Of a DNA stretch of 24,436 bases, positions 1 to 8,517 are shown piece after piece. The translations under genes and the position numbers were made by a program. This DNA is from Pirellulaceae bacterium (GTDB lineage Bacteria; Planctomycetota; Planctomycetia; Pirellulales; Pirellulaceae). The stretch spans positions 1 through 24,436 of the forward strand of contig JAKVCA010000049.1 in assembly GCA_022448315.1 (NCBI GenBank), written 5' to 3'. Each line of letters opens with the position of its first letter. The first letter of the stretch is position 1. The notes under the pieces are model-generated. The model ran no database searches. It saw nothing but the letters and a program-made list of their open reading frames with translations, and was not told the origin of the DNA.

Positions 1-219
1 GGAGGTCAAAGTGGCGGTATGTACATGAAAGCTGATGGTATTACGCCCACCGGATCGGTCCTAGGCGACCTCTCTGGCAACTACACTTACTGGCTACGTC
101 TCGAACAGACAGGTGGTAACCCTCAACCCGTTCCTGAGCCCTCTTCGATTGCTATTTTTTCGGTCGTCGGGATCGGTGGCCTCATGCTACGCCGACGGAT
201 GATGAAGAAGAAATCCTAA
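1..219 (+). CDS. 3' end of a PEP-CTERM sorting-domain protein (5' end lies outside the window)
   Basis: Frame 1 is open from nt 1. The C-terminus reads PVPEPSSIAIFSVVGIGGLMLRRRMMKKKS, which is a PEP motif, a hydrophobic helix and an Arg-rich tail, i.e. the classic exosortase-dependent sorting signal. The internal Met at 19 in the track is probably not the start. Confidence 0.7.
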   Translation, partial: GGQSGGMYMKADGITPTGSVLGDLSGNYTYWLRLEQTGGNPQPVPEPSSIAIFSVVGIGGLMLRRRMMKKKS

Positions 220-300
220 GTCCTCTCTTTGAGAACCGTCTCCCTTCTTTCAAACGGAGACGCGGAATCGTCGCTCCACACGATTCCGATGGTTTTGGTA

Positions 301-327
301 AGGCCCGGTACCCACCGGGCCTTTTTT
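301..327 (+). terminator. Rho-independent terminator downstream of the PEP-CTERM gene
   Basis: Perfect 8-bp GC-rich stem GGCCCGGT (302-309) / ACCGGGCC (314-321), loop ACCC, followed by TTTTTT (322-327). Confidence 0.7.
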
Positions 328-599
328 CATGCGCGATTCTGATGCTTTGTTCTCATGCTCTACGGCGATCTTTGAACCAAGACTTCATGTCAATCTCTTC
401 AATCGAACGCGTTTCATGGGCTCGGCGACCCGTTTGCCCAACGGCACACGCTGAGTATACTTTTGGGCTCGCAACCCAAATTGGCCCATCGGGGCATCGT
501 CCTCGTTGACGAGAAGGAATCCGGATGCGATTCAAGCCGGTTTGAGCTCTCTTGCTCCTTTCGTCTCATCACCCGCTCATGAAGGACAGGAACTGATTC

Positions 600-1716
600 A
601 TGCCTTTCGACTCCACATTAACGGATCGTTCGCGTGAGATTCAGCAGCGCATTCTCCAGCTACGAGACAGTCTTTGACTACGATACCAAAGCGACTGAAA
701 TCAAGGATATCGAACTCAAAATGGGAGCTCCAGGGTTTTGGGACGCGCCCGAATCGGCCCGCCAGGTGGTGGATCGACTCAAGGTGGTCAAAGGGGTGGT
801 GGAGCCCCTCCAGGATTTGATTGCCTCGGCAGAGGACCTCGAACCGCTTCTGGAGATGGCCGCCGAGGATGAAGGGATATTGGAAGAGGTCGAGACGGAG
901 ATCGGGCGACTTGAAAAGGTGGTTGATGATCTCGAACTCAAATCGTTGCTCAGCGGGCCCCGTGATGCTTGCGGCGCTATGGTCACGATCAATGCGCGGG
1001 ATGGTGGGACCGACGCCAATGATTGGGCGGAAATGTTACTCCGGATGTACTCGCGTTGGGCTCAGCGGTTTGACTATCAGGTTGAACTTCTCGATCGCAG
1101 CGACAATGAGGAAGCTGGGATCAACAGTGCCACGGTTCTCATCAAAGGACCAATGGCCTTCGGATACCTCAAAGGCGAGACGGGCGTTCATCGGCTGGTG
1201 AGAATCAGTCCCTTCAACTCAGAAGGAAAGCGTCAGACGAGCTTCGCTGCCGTGGATGTATCGCCGGAGATTCAGGACGAGATTGTGGTCGATATTCCCG
1301 AATCGGAAGTTCGCGAGGATACCTATCGGGCTAGCGGCGCGGGGGGGCAGCACGTCAACAAGACCAGCAGCGCGATCCGTTTGACCCATCTACCCACCGG
1401 AGAAGTCGTGACTTGTCAGGCGGAGCGTAGCCAACACAAGAATCGTGCTTTGGCCTGGAAGATGTTAAGGTCCAAGTTAGCGAGGATTGAAGAAGAAAAA
1501 CGGGAAGCGGAGCAGGCAGCGAAGTACAAACTGCAGGCCAAAACAGGGTTTGGTGCCCAAATCCGAAATTACTTCCTCCATCCCGATCAAAGAGTAAAAG
1601 ATGCCCGCACGGCATTCAATATGGGGAATTTTCACGCCGTTATGGACGGCGACATCCAAGGGTTCCTCGATTCCGTGCTACGTTGGCGGGCGAAGACGGG
1701 TGAAATGCAAGATTGA
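600..1716 (+). CDS. prfB: Peptide chain release factor 2, expressed by programmed +1 ribosomal frameshift (0-frame 600..674, +1 frame 676..1716)
   Basis: ATG at 600 opens a 25-codon frame MPFDSTLTDRSREIQQRILQLRDSL that ends at in-frame TGA 675-677. The +1 frame continues DYDTKATEIKDIELK and runs through the GGQ motif (SGAGGQHVNKTSSAIRLTHLPTG) and the RF2 domain. E. coli RF2 also has 25 codons before the shift (..VLRGYL/DYDAKK..). The ORF track only reports the post-shift frame, from a spurious GTG at 634. Confidence 0.9.
672..678 (+). other. prfB +1 programmed frameshift site CTT TGA C
   Basis: The heptamer CUU UGA C is the conserved RF2 autoregulatory recoding site: Leu codon, in-frame UGA, then C. 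Only a weak SD-like GAG lies upstream (gagacagt). Confidence 0.85.
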
Positions 1717-1752
1717 CAAACGGCCATTTCGCTCCAACTTTTATTTTGAATA

Positions 1753-1786
1753 TCCCCCCTAAACCAAGGTGTTAAAGGGGATTTTG
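1753..1786 (+). terminator. Possible weak intrinsic terminator after prfB
   Basis: TCCCC (1753-1757) pairs with GGGGA (1777-1781), followed by TTTTG. The loop is large (19 nt) and the stem short, so this is a weak call. Confidence 0.3.
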
Positions 1787-1879
1787 CCAAACGCCCGTCA
1801 CGGTTAGAATGTGTGGCTTGGAAAACCGTGTGAGCTCCACGAGAACGGCACGGCGATTGAAGAGAGGGAGAACATTGAG

Positions 1880-2209
1880 ATGCAAGTAAGTATTTCCGCT
1901 CGGCACGGCAATATGAACCCTGACACCCAGGAAGTGGTTGAACAGAAAGCTCGAAAGTTGCTCAAATTCTTCGACCGGATCACTTCGATCTCGGTGACGG
2001 TCGATTTGAAAACCGACGGAAGTCCCGAGGTTGAAATCAAGGTCTCTGCTGAGGAAGCCGAGGACTTTGTTGCGCAGGACTCGGGCAACAATATCCTGAC
2101 GGCGACCGAGAGCGTCGTCCATAAACTCGAGCAGCAACTGCGAAAACACAAAGAGAAATTAACCAGTCATCGCCATGCGGCGAATCGACACCACGAAAAC
2201 GACGCCTGA
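1880..2209 (+). CDS. hpf: Ribosome hibernation promoting factor / sigma-54 modulation protein (short HPF, RaiA family)
   Basis: Starts MQVSISARHGNMNPDTQEVVEQKARKLLKFFDRITSISVTVD, which matches the YfiA/HPF fold signature. The ATG at 1880 is preceded by GGGAG. The track's longer ORF (from 1811) adds a non-conserved leader. About 110 aa, with a His-rich C-tail. Confidence 0.85.
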   Translation: MQVSISARHGNMNPDTQEVVEQKARKLLKFFDRITSISVTVDLKTDGSPEVEIKVSAEEAEDFVAQDSGNNILTATESVVHKLEQQLRKHKEKLTSHRHAANRHHENDA

Positions 2210-2292
2210 AATCGGGCGGTTAACCTTAATTACCTAGGTCTCGAGTGTTCCTCATGGAATGCAGAAGTTGAAGATCGAAGGGAACTGAATCA

Positions 2293-2769
2293 ATGAAGTT
2301 TTGTGATTTTGTGAAAGAGGAAGCAATCAAGCCCGAATTGGAGTCCCAAGACAAGGAAGGGGTCATTCAAGAACTTGTTGCTTCGTTGGTCGCCTCAGGC
2401 ATGCTGGACGCTGACAATCAGGAGAGCATTGTTGAAGCAATTATGAAACGCGAGGAACTCGGAAGCACCGGTATCGGTCGCGGAATCGCAGTGCCTCACA
2501 CCAAACACCCGAGTGTGGATCGTTTGGTCGGAACAGTCGGAGTCAGTCCAGAGGGGGTCGACTTCAAGAGCCTCGATGGCGAGAAAGTCCAACTGTTCTT
2601 TCTGTTGGTGTCACCTCCGGATCGACCTGGAGATCACCTTCGCGCCCTGGAAAACATCTCGCGTCAACTTCGCGATGAGACGTTTTGCAGGTTTTTGAAA
2701 CAATCCAAAACGGCTGCAGATATCCAACAACTGTTGGAAGAAGCCGACAACAACCAATTTGTGTCCTAA
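2293..2769 (+). CDS. ptsN: PTS EIIA-Ntr (nitrogen-regulatory IIA, fructose/mannitol-type EIIA fold)
   Basis: The motif [21 protein letters not shown] contains the phosphorylatable His and matches E. coli PtsN (REKMGSTGIGNGIAIPHGK). 158 aa, and it lies directly downstream of hpf, as in rpoN-operon-type clusters. Confidence 0.85.
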   Translation: MKFCDFVKEEAIKPELESQDKEGVIQELVASLVASGMLDADNQESIVEAIMKREELGSTGIGRGIAVPHTKHPSVDRLVGTVGVSPEGVDFKSLDGEKVQLFFLLVSPPDRPGDHLRALENISRQLRDETFCRFLKQSKTAADIQQLLEEADNNQFVS

Positions 2770-2786
2770 CGGACAGTGACCAAACC

Positions 2787-3068
2787 ATGTCCAGCGTTTC
2801 AGCCAGTAAGACGGTCGTTGTAAACAACCCCCAAGGGTTGCACGCTCGGCCTGCGTACTTGCTCGCTCAAGCGGCGGAACAGTTTCAATCGAAAGTCGAG
2901 TTGATCAAGGACGGTGAACGTGTTGACGGGAAGAGTATCCTGTCGATCTTGACGCTGGGTGCAGGGCGAGGATCTTCGATCGATATCGAGACCTCTGGAC
3001 CTGATGCCTCTGAAGCCGTTGTGGCTATGGCGTCGCTGATCGAAGGCGGATTCCCGGAAAGCGATTAG
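2787..3068 (+). CDS. ptsH: HPr-family phosphocarrier protein (NPr-like)
   Basis: GLHARPAYLLAQAAEQF contains the His15 phosphorylation motif (GxHARPA). The product from ATG 2787 is about 93 aa. The track ORF from 2685 overlaps the ptsN 3' end in another frame and is probably too long. Confidence 0.8.
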   Translation: MSSVSASKTVVVNNPQGLHARPAYLLAQAAEQFQSKVELIKDGERVDGKSILSILTLGAGRGSSIDIETSGPDASEAVVAMASLIEGGFPESD

Positions 3069-3667
3069 AATGACGTTGCTTCTGGCGTCGAGTAAAACCG
3101 GACTGGCCGCTTTGGAAACTCATAGGTCGTCTGGGAGAGAAATCGCTTAAGACAAGATTGCGATCCCATATGATCGTGTCGCCGACCCTCCGATGACCTG
3201 ACGAATAAGTGGGAGTGGAGGTTCAAAAGCAACTCCAAAACTTTGCGACGCTAAATGAGGGTTTGACTTCGACCGGAAAAAGGCGGGAGTTCCCTGACAT
3301 TTGGCGTTATTGCAAACCTTCACGACAGATGGAGTTCGACCGGCAGAGCAGGGCAAAAAAGGAAACACCTTGTTCAGCTGAGAAAATGAATTCATTTGTC
3401 ACCATTGGAGCATGAACTTCTTGTTTCGATTGAGATTGTGCCAGGACAGAAACGACGCAGGAAAGCAGGGGAACCTGCCTGCAGTGTTGAGGCCTCTTTG
3501 GCCGGATGTGGTAGTGGTCTGCTGACGTTGGGTGAAACACCTAACATGAAAGCCGACGACGGAGTTTTGTGCAGGGCTTGATGGCTTCGGTCACCTGACT
3601 AGGGTGACTGGACAAGAGGTTCCATGTTGGAGCTTTCAGTCTTGGCGAAATTCGGTCCGCGTTGACC

Positions 3668-5437
3668 ATGCAAATTTTGCAAGGAATAGCGGTCTCGCCA
3701 GGTTTGGCGATTGGCGAAGCGCTGGTTCTCGACAACGAGGGATTCAGGATTCCTCGGCGATTCGTGAATCATGACGCGGCGGATATCGAATTGGACCGTT
3801 GGGCCAAATCGCTCAAGGCCGTTGCGGATCAAATCGCGGAAAATCGTGATCAAATTGCTTCCGAGCTGGGCGAAGAATACGGGGCCATCTTTGCCGCCCA
3901 TCTGCAAATGCTTCGAGATCCGAAGTTGAATCGTGAGATTCAAGCACTCATCAAGGATCACCAGCACTCCGCCGAGTATGCGGTGTCGAAAACCTTGAAA
4001 GATTACGCCAAGGTTTTTCAATCCCTTGATAACCGTTTCCTGGCCGAACGCGCGAATGACCTTTTCGATTTGGAAAAGCGTCTTCTCGGTGATCTTCTGG
4101 GGCAGGCGCGGCAAGAGTTGGCCAATCAGGAAGACCCCGCGATCGTCCTCGCCCACAATTTGACCCCAAGCGAAACGGCACGCCTTGACCCGGAGACGAT
4201 TCTGGGATTTGCGACGGAAGTCGGCGGACAAAGCGATCATACAGCGATCGTAGCCGAAGCTTTGGAGATCCCTGCGATTGTCGGGATCGGCGGTTTGCTG
4301 ACCAGTATCGTCTCAGGGGACCGAGTCATCGTGGATGGTGATCAGGGAGTTTTGATCCACCAACCCGATGAAGAAACCTATCAGCGTTACCAGAACCGGG
4401 TACGGGAACGAGCCGAATTGGCTCAGGAACTGATCCCACTTGTCGAGCAACCTAGCGAGACGGAAGATGGCGAGCTAGTCAAACTTTCTGCCAACATTGA
4501 GTTTCCGGAAGAAGTGAAGTCATGCTGCGACCGGGGTGCAGATGGTGTCGGGCTTTATCGAACCGAGTTTCTATTTCTCGGGCGTGATGAAGATCCGAGT
4601 GAAGAGGACCATTATCGCGCTTACATCGCCGTTGCGCAGGCCTTGTATCCGAGGCCGGTGGTGATTCGAACGCTGGACCTTGGTGCCGACAAGTTGGGAC
4701 GCGAAGAATCTCAACAAAGTGGTGAGCGAAATCCGTTCCTCGGCGTTCGGAGTATTCGACTTTCGTTGAGAAACCTATCGCTTTTCCGGACGCAGTTGAG
4801 GGCCGTGTTGAGGGCCAGCGCGTTGGGGAACATGAGGGTCATGTTTCCCATGATTACGACGCTCCAGGAGTTGCGGCAGGCGAAACTCGTCTTGCATGAG
4901 GTGATGGAGGATCTGGAAGAACAGGGCACACCGTTTGACCGAGATTTACAGATCGGGATCATGGTCGAGGTTCCATCGGCTGTCATGTTGCTCGACCGAT
5001 TTTTGCCCGAAGTCAGCTTCGTCAGTATCGGGACCAATGATCTGACCCAATACGCCTTGGCGGTGGATCGAGGTAACAAGGACGTTGCCGAACTCTACAG
5101 AGCAAGTGATCCCGCGGTTCTGCGTCTGATCAAAATGACGATCGATTCGGCACTGGCGAGAGACGTACCTGTCAATTTGTGCGGTCAGATGTGCGGGAAC
5201 CCTCTTTTCTCGATGTTGCTCATCGGACTTGGGTTGAGATCTATGAGTGTGCGTCCGAGTGCTTTGTTGGAAATTAAGCAGATCGTTCGCCATTTGAACG
5301 TAAAAGATTGTGAGGAGGTCGCCGAAAACGTGATGGCGATGGAGGGGCCTCGAGAAATTGAACGTTACTTGAGTGAGGAACTGAGGCGACGAGTGCCCAA
5401 AGCGATCGCGCGTCGCCATCACTGGGTTCAGGACTGA
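3668..5437 (+). CDS. ptsI: Phosphoenolpyruvate-protein phosphotransferase (PTS Enzyme I), without an N-terminal GAF domain
   Basis: The N-terminus MQILQGIAVSPGLAIGEALVL matches EI (MISGILASPGIAFGKA). The phosphohistidine region GGQSDHTAIVAEALEIPAIVG, the PEP-utilising region GLYRTEFLF and IGTNDLTQY are all present. The upstream TTG at 3662 is an alternative start. Confidence 0.9.
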   Translation: MQILQGIAVSPGLAIGEALVLDNEGFRIPRRFVNHDAADIELDRWAKSLKAVADQIAENRDQIASELGEEYGAIFAAHLQMLRDPKLNREIQALIKDHQHSAEYAVSKTLKDYAKVFQSLDNRFLAERANDLFDLEKRLLGDLLGQARQELANQEDPAIVLAHNLTPSETARLDPETILGFATEVGGQSDHTAIVAEALEIPAIVGIGGLLTSIVSGDRVIVDGDQGVLIHQPDEETYQRYQNRVRERAELAQELIPLVEQPSETEDGELVKLSANIEFPEEVKSCCDRGADGVGLYRTEFLFLGRDEDPSEEDHYRAYIAVAQALYPRPVVIRTLDLGADKLGREESQQSGERNPFLGVRSIRLSLRNLSLFRTQLRAVLRASALGNMRVMFPMITTLQELRQAKLVLHEVMEDLEEQGTPFDRDLQIGIMVEVPSAVMLLDRFLPEVSFVSIGTNDLTQYALAVDRGNKDVAELYRASDPAVLRLIKMTIDSALARDVPVNLCGQMCGNPLFSMLLIGLGLRSMSVRPSALLEIKQIVRHLNVKDCEEVAENVMAMEGPREIERYLSEELRRRVPKAIARRHHWVQD

Positions 5438-5492
5438 TTTAAAAACAGACAATTTGTCCTGTCCGCCACGAACATTTTCAATCGAAAAACCT

Positions 5493-5508
5493 ACCGCTGC
5501 GAAGCGGT
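5493..5508 (+). promoter_or_regulatory. GNRA-tetraloop hairpin in the ptsI-rng intergenic region / 5' leader of the RNase E/G gene
   Basis: ACCGCT (5493-5498) and AGCGGT (5503-5508) form a 6-bp stem around a GCGA loop. An A-rich rather than U-rich tract follows, so it is not a canonical terminator. It could be an RNA stability or autoregulatory element. Confidence 0.3.
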
Positions 5509-5577
5509 CAACAAAATAAAAAGGCTTGCCTTACGGCGAGTGCAGAAAAATCGAATACAGGAAGGATTGCACCAGCA

Positions 5578-7158
5578 ATGAAGAAAGAAATGCTCATCAA
5601 CGTGTCGCAACCGGAGGAGTGCCGGATTGCGATTGTCGAAGACGGTTTGCTCGAAGAGTTGTATGTCGAGAGAGCCAGTAATGACAACTACGTCGGTAAC
5701 ATCTACAAGGGGAAGGTTGTCAATCTCGAACCCAGCATTCAGGCGGCGTTTGTCGACTTTGGGGTGGGGCGAAATGGCTTTCTTCATATCAGCGATGTGG
5801 AGCCCCAGTACTTCCGACAGGGTGGGTATGACCCTGAAGAAATCATCGCCCAAAATGAAGAGGAAGAGCGACAGCGACGAGGCGGTCGCCGTTATCGAAA
5901 TCCCGGGCGACCTCGGAACAAGCCACCAATTCAGGAGTTGTTAAAGCGGGGGGATGAGGTACTGGTGCAGGTAATTAAAGAGGGCATTGGTACGAAAGGA
6001 CCTACGCTTTCGACTTACATCAGCATCCCAGGAAGATATCTTGTCCTGATGCCTGCTCTTGGTCGTGTCGGTGTTTCTCGAAAAATTGAAGACGAAGAAG
6101 AACGTCGGCGTCTCCGCGATATCCTTCATGAGATGAAGCCGCCCAAGGGCCTCGGCTTCATTGTCCGAACTGCGGGGCAGGGGCGAAGTCGCAGGGAACT
6201 GTCACGCGATCTCGCTTATTTGCTTCGGCTCTGGAAAGTCATCGTGCGACGGGTTCAGAAAGAGCAAGCCCCTTGCGATATCTACGAAGAAAGTGACATG
6301 ATCATTCGTACGATTCGGGATATTGTTTCTCCCGATCTCAACACGATTGTTGTGGACAAGAAGGAGGCCTTCGACCGGGCTAAGGATTTTTTGCAACTGG
6401 TCATGCCCCGTTTTGTCGACAACCTCAAACTTTACGATGGCAAGGGACCGCTATTCCATAGCTACAAACTCGAGGACGAGATTTCGCGAATTTACAAACG
6501 TGAGGTTCCGCTCAAAGACGGGGGCTCCATCGTGATCGATCAGACCGAAGCTTTGGTCGCGATCGACGTAAACAGCGGAAATTTTCGACTTGACGACTCC
6601 GCTGAAGAGACGGCCTTCCGTTTGAACCTGGCAGCCGCCAAGGAAATCTCAAGACAGTTGCGACTCCGTGATTTGGGTGGCGTCATTGTCAATGACTTTA
6701 TCGATATGAAACGGGAGAAGCATCGTCGTGGGTTGGAGAAAGCCCTTCGAGATGCGATGGATCGAGACCGAGCACGGACCAAAATTCTCCGTACCAGTCC
6801 ATTCGGCTTGATTGAAATGACTCGCCAGCGAGTTCGACCCAGCTTGAAACGCAGCGTCTACAACGATTGCTCCTGCTGTGGTGGTCGCGGTGTGGTGAAG
6901 ACAACTGAAAGCATGGCGATCGAAGTGATTCGAACTCTGATGCTTATCGTCCAAGAACCTGCTTGCCATCGCGTGACGGTCAAGGTGCAGGATCAGGTGG
7001 CATACTATCTGAATAACAAGAAACGACGCGAATTGCATTCTTTGGAAGAGGAAGGCGACTTGACCATACAGATTATGGGAAGCGAAGGGCTTCATCCCGA
7101 GCACCTCGAACTGGATTGCAGGGATGACAAGGGAGAGGTCGTAAAACTGAATTTCTAG
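5578..7158 (+). CDS. rng: Ribonuclease E/G family endoribonuclease (RNase G-like catalytic core, 526 aa)
   Basis: Collinear with E. coli RNase G over its length: S1 domain (GNIYKGKVVNLEPSIQAAFVDFG), DNase-I-like region (IVIDQTEALVAIDVNSG), Zn-link (CSCCGGRGVVKT). There is no long scaffold C-terminal domain. An Arg-rich insertion sits in the S1 region. SD GGAAGGA lies 11 nt upstream of ATG 5578. Confidence 0.85.
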   Translation: MKKEMLINVSQPEECRIAIVEDGLLEELYVERASNDNYVGNIYKGKVVNLEPSIQAAFVDFGVGRNGFLHISDVEPQYFRQGGYDPEEIIAQNEEEERQRRGGRRYRNPGRPRNKPPIQELLKRGDEVLVQVIKEGIGTKGPTLSTYISIPGRYLVLMPALGRVGVSRKIEDEEERRRLRDILHEMKPPKGLGFIVRTAGQGRSRRELSRDLAYLLRLWKVIVRRVQKEQAPCDIYEESDMIIRTIRDIVSPDLNTIVVDKKEAFDRAKDFLQLVMPRFVDNLKLYDGKGPLFHSYKLEDEISRIYKREVPLKDGGSIVIDQTEALVAIDVNSGNFRLDDSAEETAFRLNLAAAKEISRQLRLRDLGGVIVNDFIDMKREKHRRGLEKALRDAMDRDRARTKILRTSPFGLIEMTRQRVRPSLKRSVYNDCSCCGGRGVVKTTESMAIEVIRTLMLIVQEPACHRVTVKVQDQVAYYLNNKKRRELHSLEEEGDLTIQIMGSEGLHPEHLELDCRDDKGEVVKLNF

Positions 7159-7220
7159 GTGTCCTGGGGCCGATGACGCGGCCCATCAGGAACTCTTGAA
7201 TATTTGAACGAGGGCGAAGG

Positions 7221-8144
7221 ATGACCCGATACCAACCAACGACCAAAGACGTGCTTCAGTTTTTGCGTTCGCTCAAGGATGCGGGCGTTACGGAAATCCC
7301 CCGGGTTCACGTCGAATTGTCTGAGGCCTGGAGGAGAACTTCTGCTGAATCTGCGGTCGCAAAATCCGACGTGAGTTCCTCGGCTTCACCAAACACTGCT
7401 GGCAGTGAAGGCCAAGGCATAGGGCGAGCATCAAAGCCGCGGACGCCCGGTGTAGTCGCAGCAAAACAGGTCATGGAAGATGTTCAATCCAAGCCGATTC
7501 AGGATTCCACAGCCCTTGGACTGGCCCCTACCCAAATCGACGGTGCGTACCCGTCACGCTCGCAGTCCGAAAACCTGGATCGAGCCTTGGCCATCCTTTC
7601 CGAAGAAGTTTCTCAATGTCAGGCTTGTCCAGAACTGTCAAAAATTAGAACTCAAACGGTGTTTGGGGTAGGTGACCCACGTGCCCGCGTGGTTTTTTTC
7701 GGCGAGGCTCCCGGTGCAGATGAGGATCGAATCGGCGAGCCATTCGTCGGTAAGGCGGGGCAACTTCTGGATCGAATTCTGTCGGCCTCAACATTTCGTC
7801 GAGATGAGGTTTACATTCTGAACACGTTGAAGTGTCGCCCGCCTGGTAATCGAAACCCGAACGACGTTGAGATTCAAAACTGCGGGCGTTTCTGGCAGCG
7901 TCAACTTGAGCTGATCCAGCCCGAATACGTCGTCTGTCTCGGAGCGATTGCTGTCCGGACACTTCTTCAAACTGATCGATCCATTGCGAAGCTTCGAGGC
8001 GACTTTCATCGCTATCGTGGGAGCAAAGTTTTGGTCACCTACCATCCCGCTTATCTGCTTCGAAACGAATCTGCAAAACGATTGGTTTGGGAAGATATGA
8101 AGCTTCTTCTGAGTGATATGGGAATTGAGGTTCCCAAGTCTTAA
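7221..8144 (+). CDS. Family 4 (Fe-S) uracil-DNA glycosylase with an N-terminal extension of about 120 aa
   Basis: The C-terminal 190 aa carry the UDG4 motifs: CQAC..., GEAPGADEDRIGEPFVGKAGQLLDRIL, and LNTLKCRPPGNRNP... The N-terminal roughly 120 aa are Ser/Ala/Gly-rich low complexity. An internal ATG at 7473 (MEDVQ) would give a canonical UDG of about 223 aa. Confidence 0.8.
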   Translation: MTRYQPTTKDVLQFLRSLKDAGVTEIPRVHVELSEAWRRTSAESAVAKSDVSSSASPNTAGSEGQGIGRASKPRTPGVVAAKQVMEDVQSKPIQDSTALGLAPTQIDGAYPSRSQSENLDRALAILSEEVSQCQACPELSKIRTQTVFGVGDPRARVVFFGEAPGADEDRIGEPFVGKAGQLLDRILSASTFRRDEVYILNTLKCRPPGNRNPNDVEIQNCGRFWQRQLELIQPEYVVCLGAIAVRTLLQTDRSIAKLRGDFHRYRGSKVLVTYHPAYLLRNESAKRLVWEDMKLLLSDMGIEVPKS

Positions 8145-8517
8145 GCCCGATAATAAAGCTGATCATCCCGCCCTATAAATCTTCAAAAAAGCTTAGCGCT
8201 CACCGCGGCTCGACTTCGCTTTTCTCCACCATCAGAGTGATATGACAAGAGGTATCGGCGTTCACGTGGCCTTCTGACTTACCGGGTGTAGGGATTATAG
8301 GGGTTCCCGCAACCGAAGTTGGGGCTGGACTCCGAGGGAAATCCGTAGGGGGGAGGCAGGGTTCGGGAATGGCGTCTACACTTAAACGCATACAACCAAT
8401 TTATTTATTCGTTCGAGGGAACCTGCACGTCAGCGTTATTTGACGACGGACTGGAGGTATCGCGAATTTGCCTGACTCGCCCATTATCTGCGGTCAGCAC
8501 GGGAAGGATCTGAAGTT

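Noticed and set aside
353-535. 60-aa minus-strand ORF between the PEP-CTERM gene and prfB
   Set aside because: It lies in a promoter/leader region, has no start context, is Arg-rich, and has no similarity to anything I recognise.
1847-1860. Sigma-54-like promoter GGCACG-N4-TTGA upstream of hpf
   Set aside because: The -12 element is TTGA rather than TTGC. The predicted transcription start would fall only about 10 nt before the hpf ATG, cutting through its GGGAG ribosome-binding site. Single-mismatch matches are common by chance.
2218-2245. Cluster of 6-8-bp palindromes (GGTTAACC, CCTAGG, CTCGAG) resembling a polylinker between hpf and ptsN
   Set aside because: Short palindromes at this density can arise by chance in an 83-bp spacer. 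There is no vector-like sequence on either side, and the genes flanking it are native and collinear.
3530-3538. GGGTGAAAC, reminiscent of the RNase P RNA P10-P12 motif (AGGGUGAAANGGUG) in the ptsI leader
   Set aside because: The other universally conserved RNase P RNA blocks (GGAAAGUCCGGGCUCC, ACAGAACCCGGCUUA) are absent from the region.
3599-4240. 213-aa minus-strand ORF overlapping the 5' part of ptsI
   Set aside because: It is fully antisense to a well-supported EI coding region. It has an Arg/Gln/Leu-rich composition typical of GC-driven shadow ORFs and no recognisable motif.
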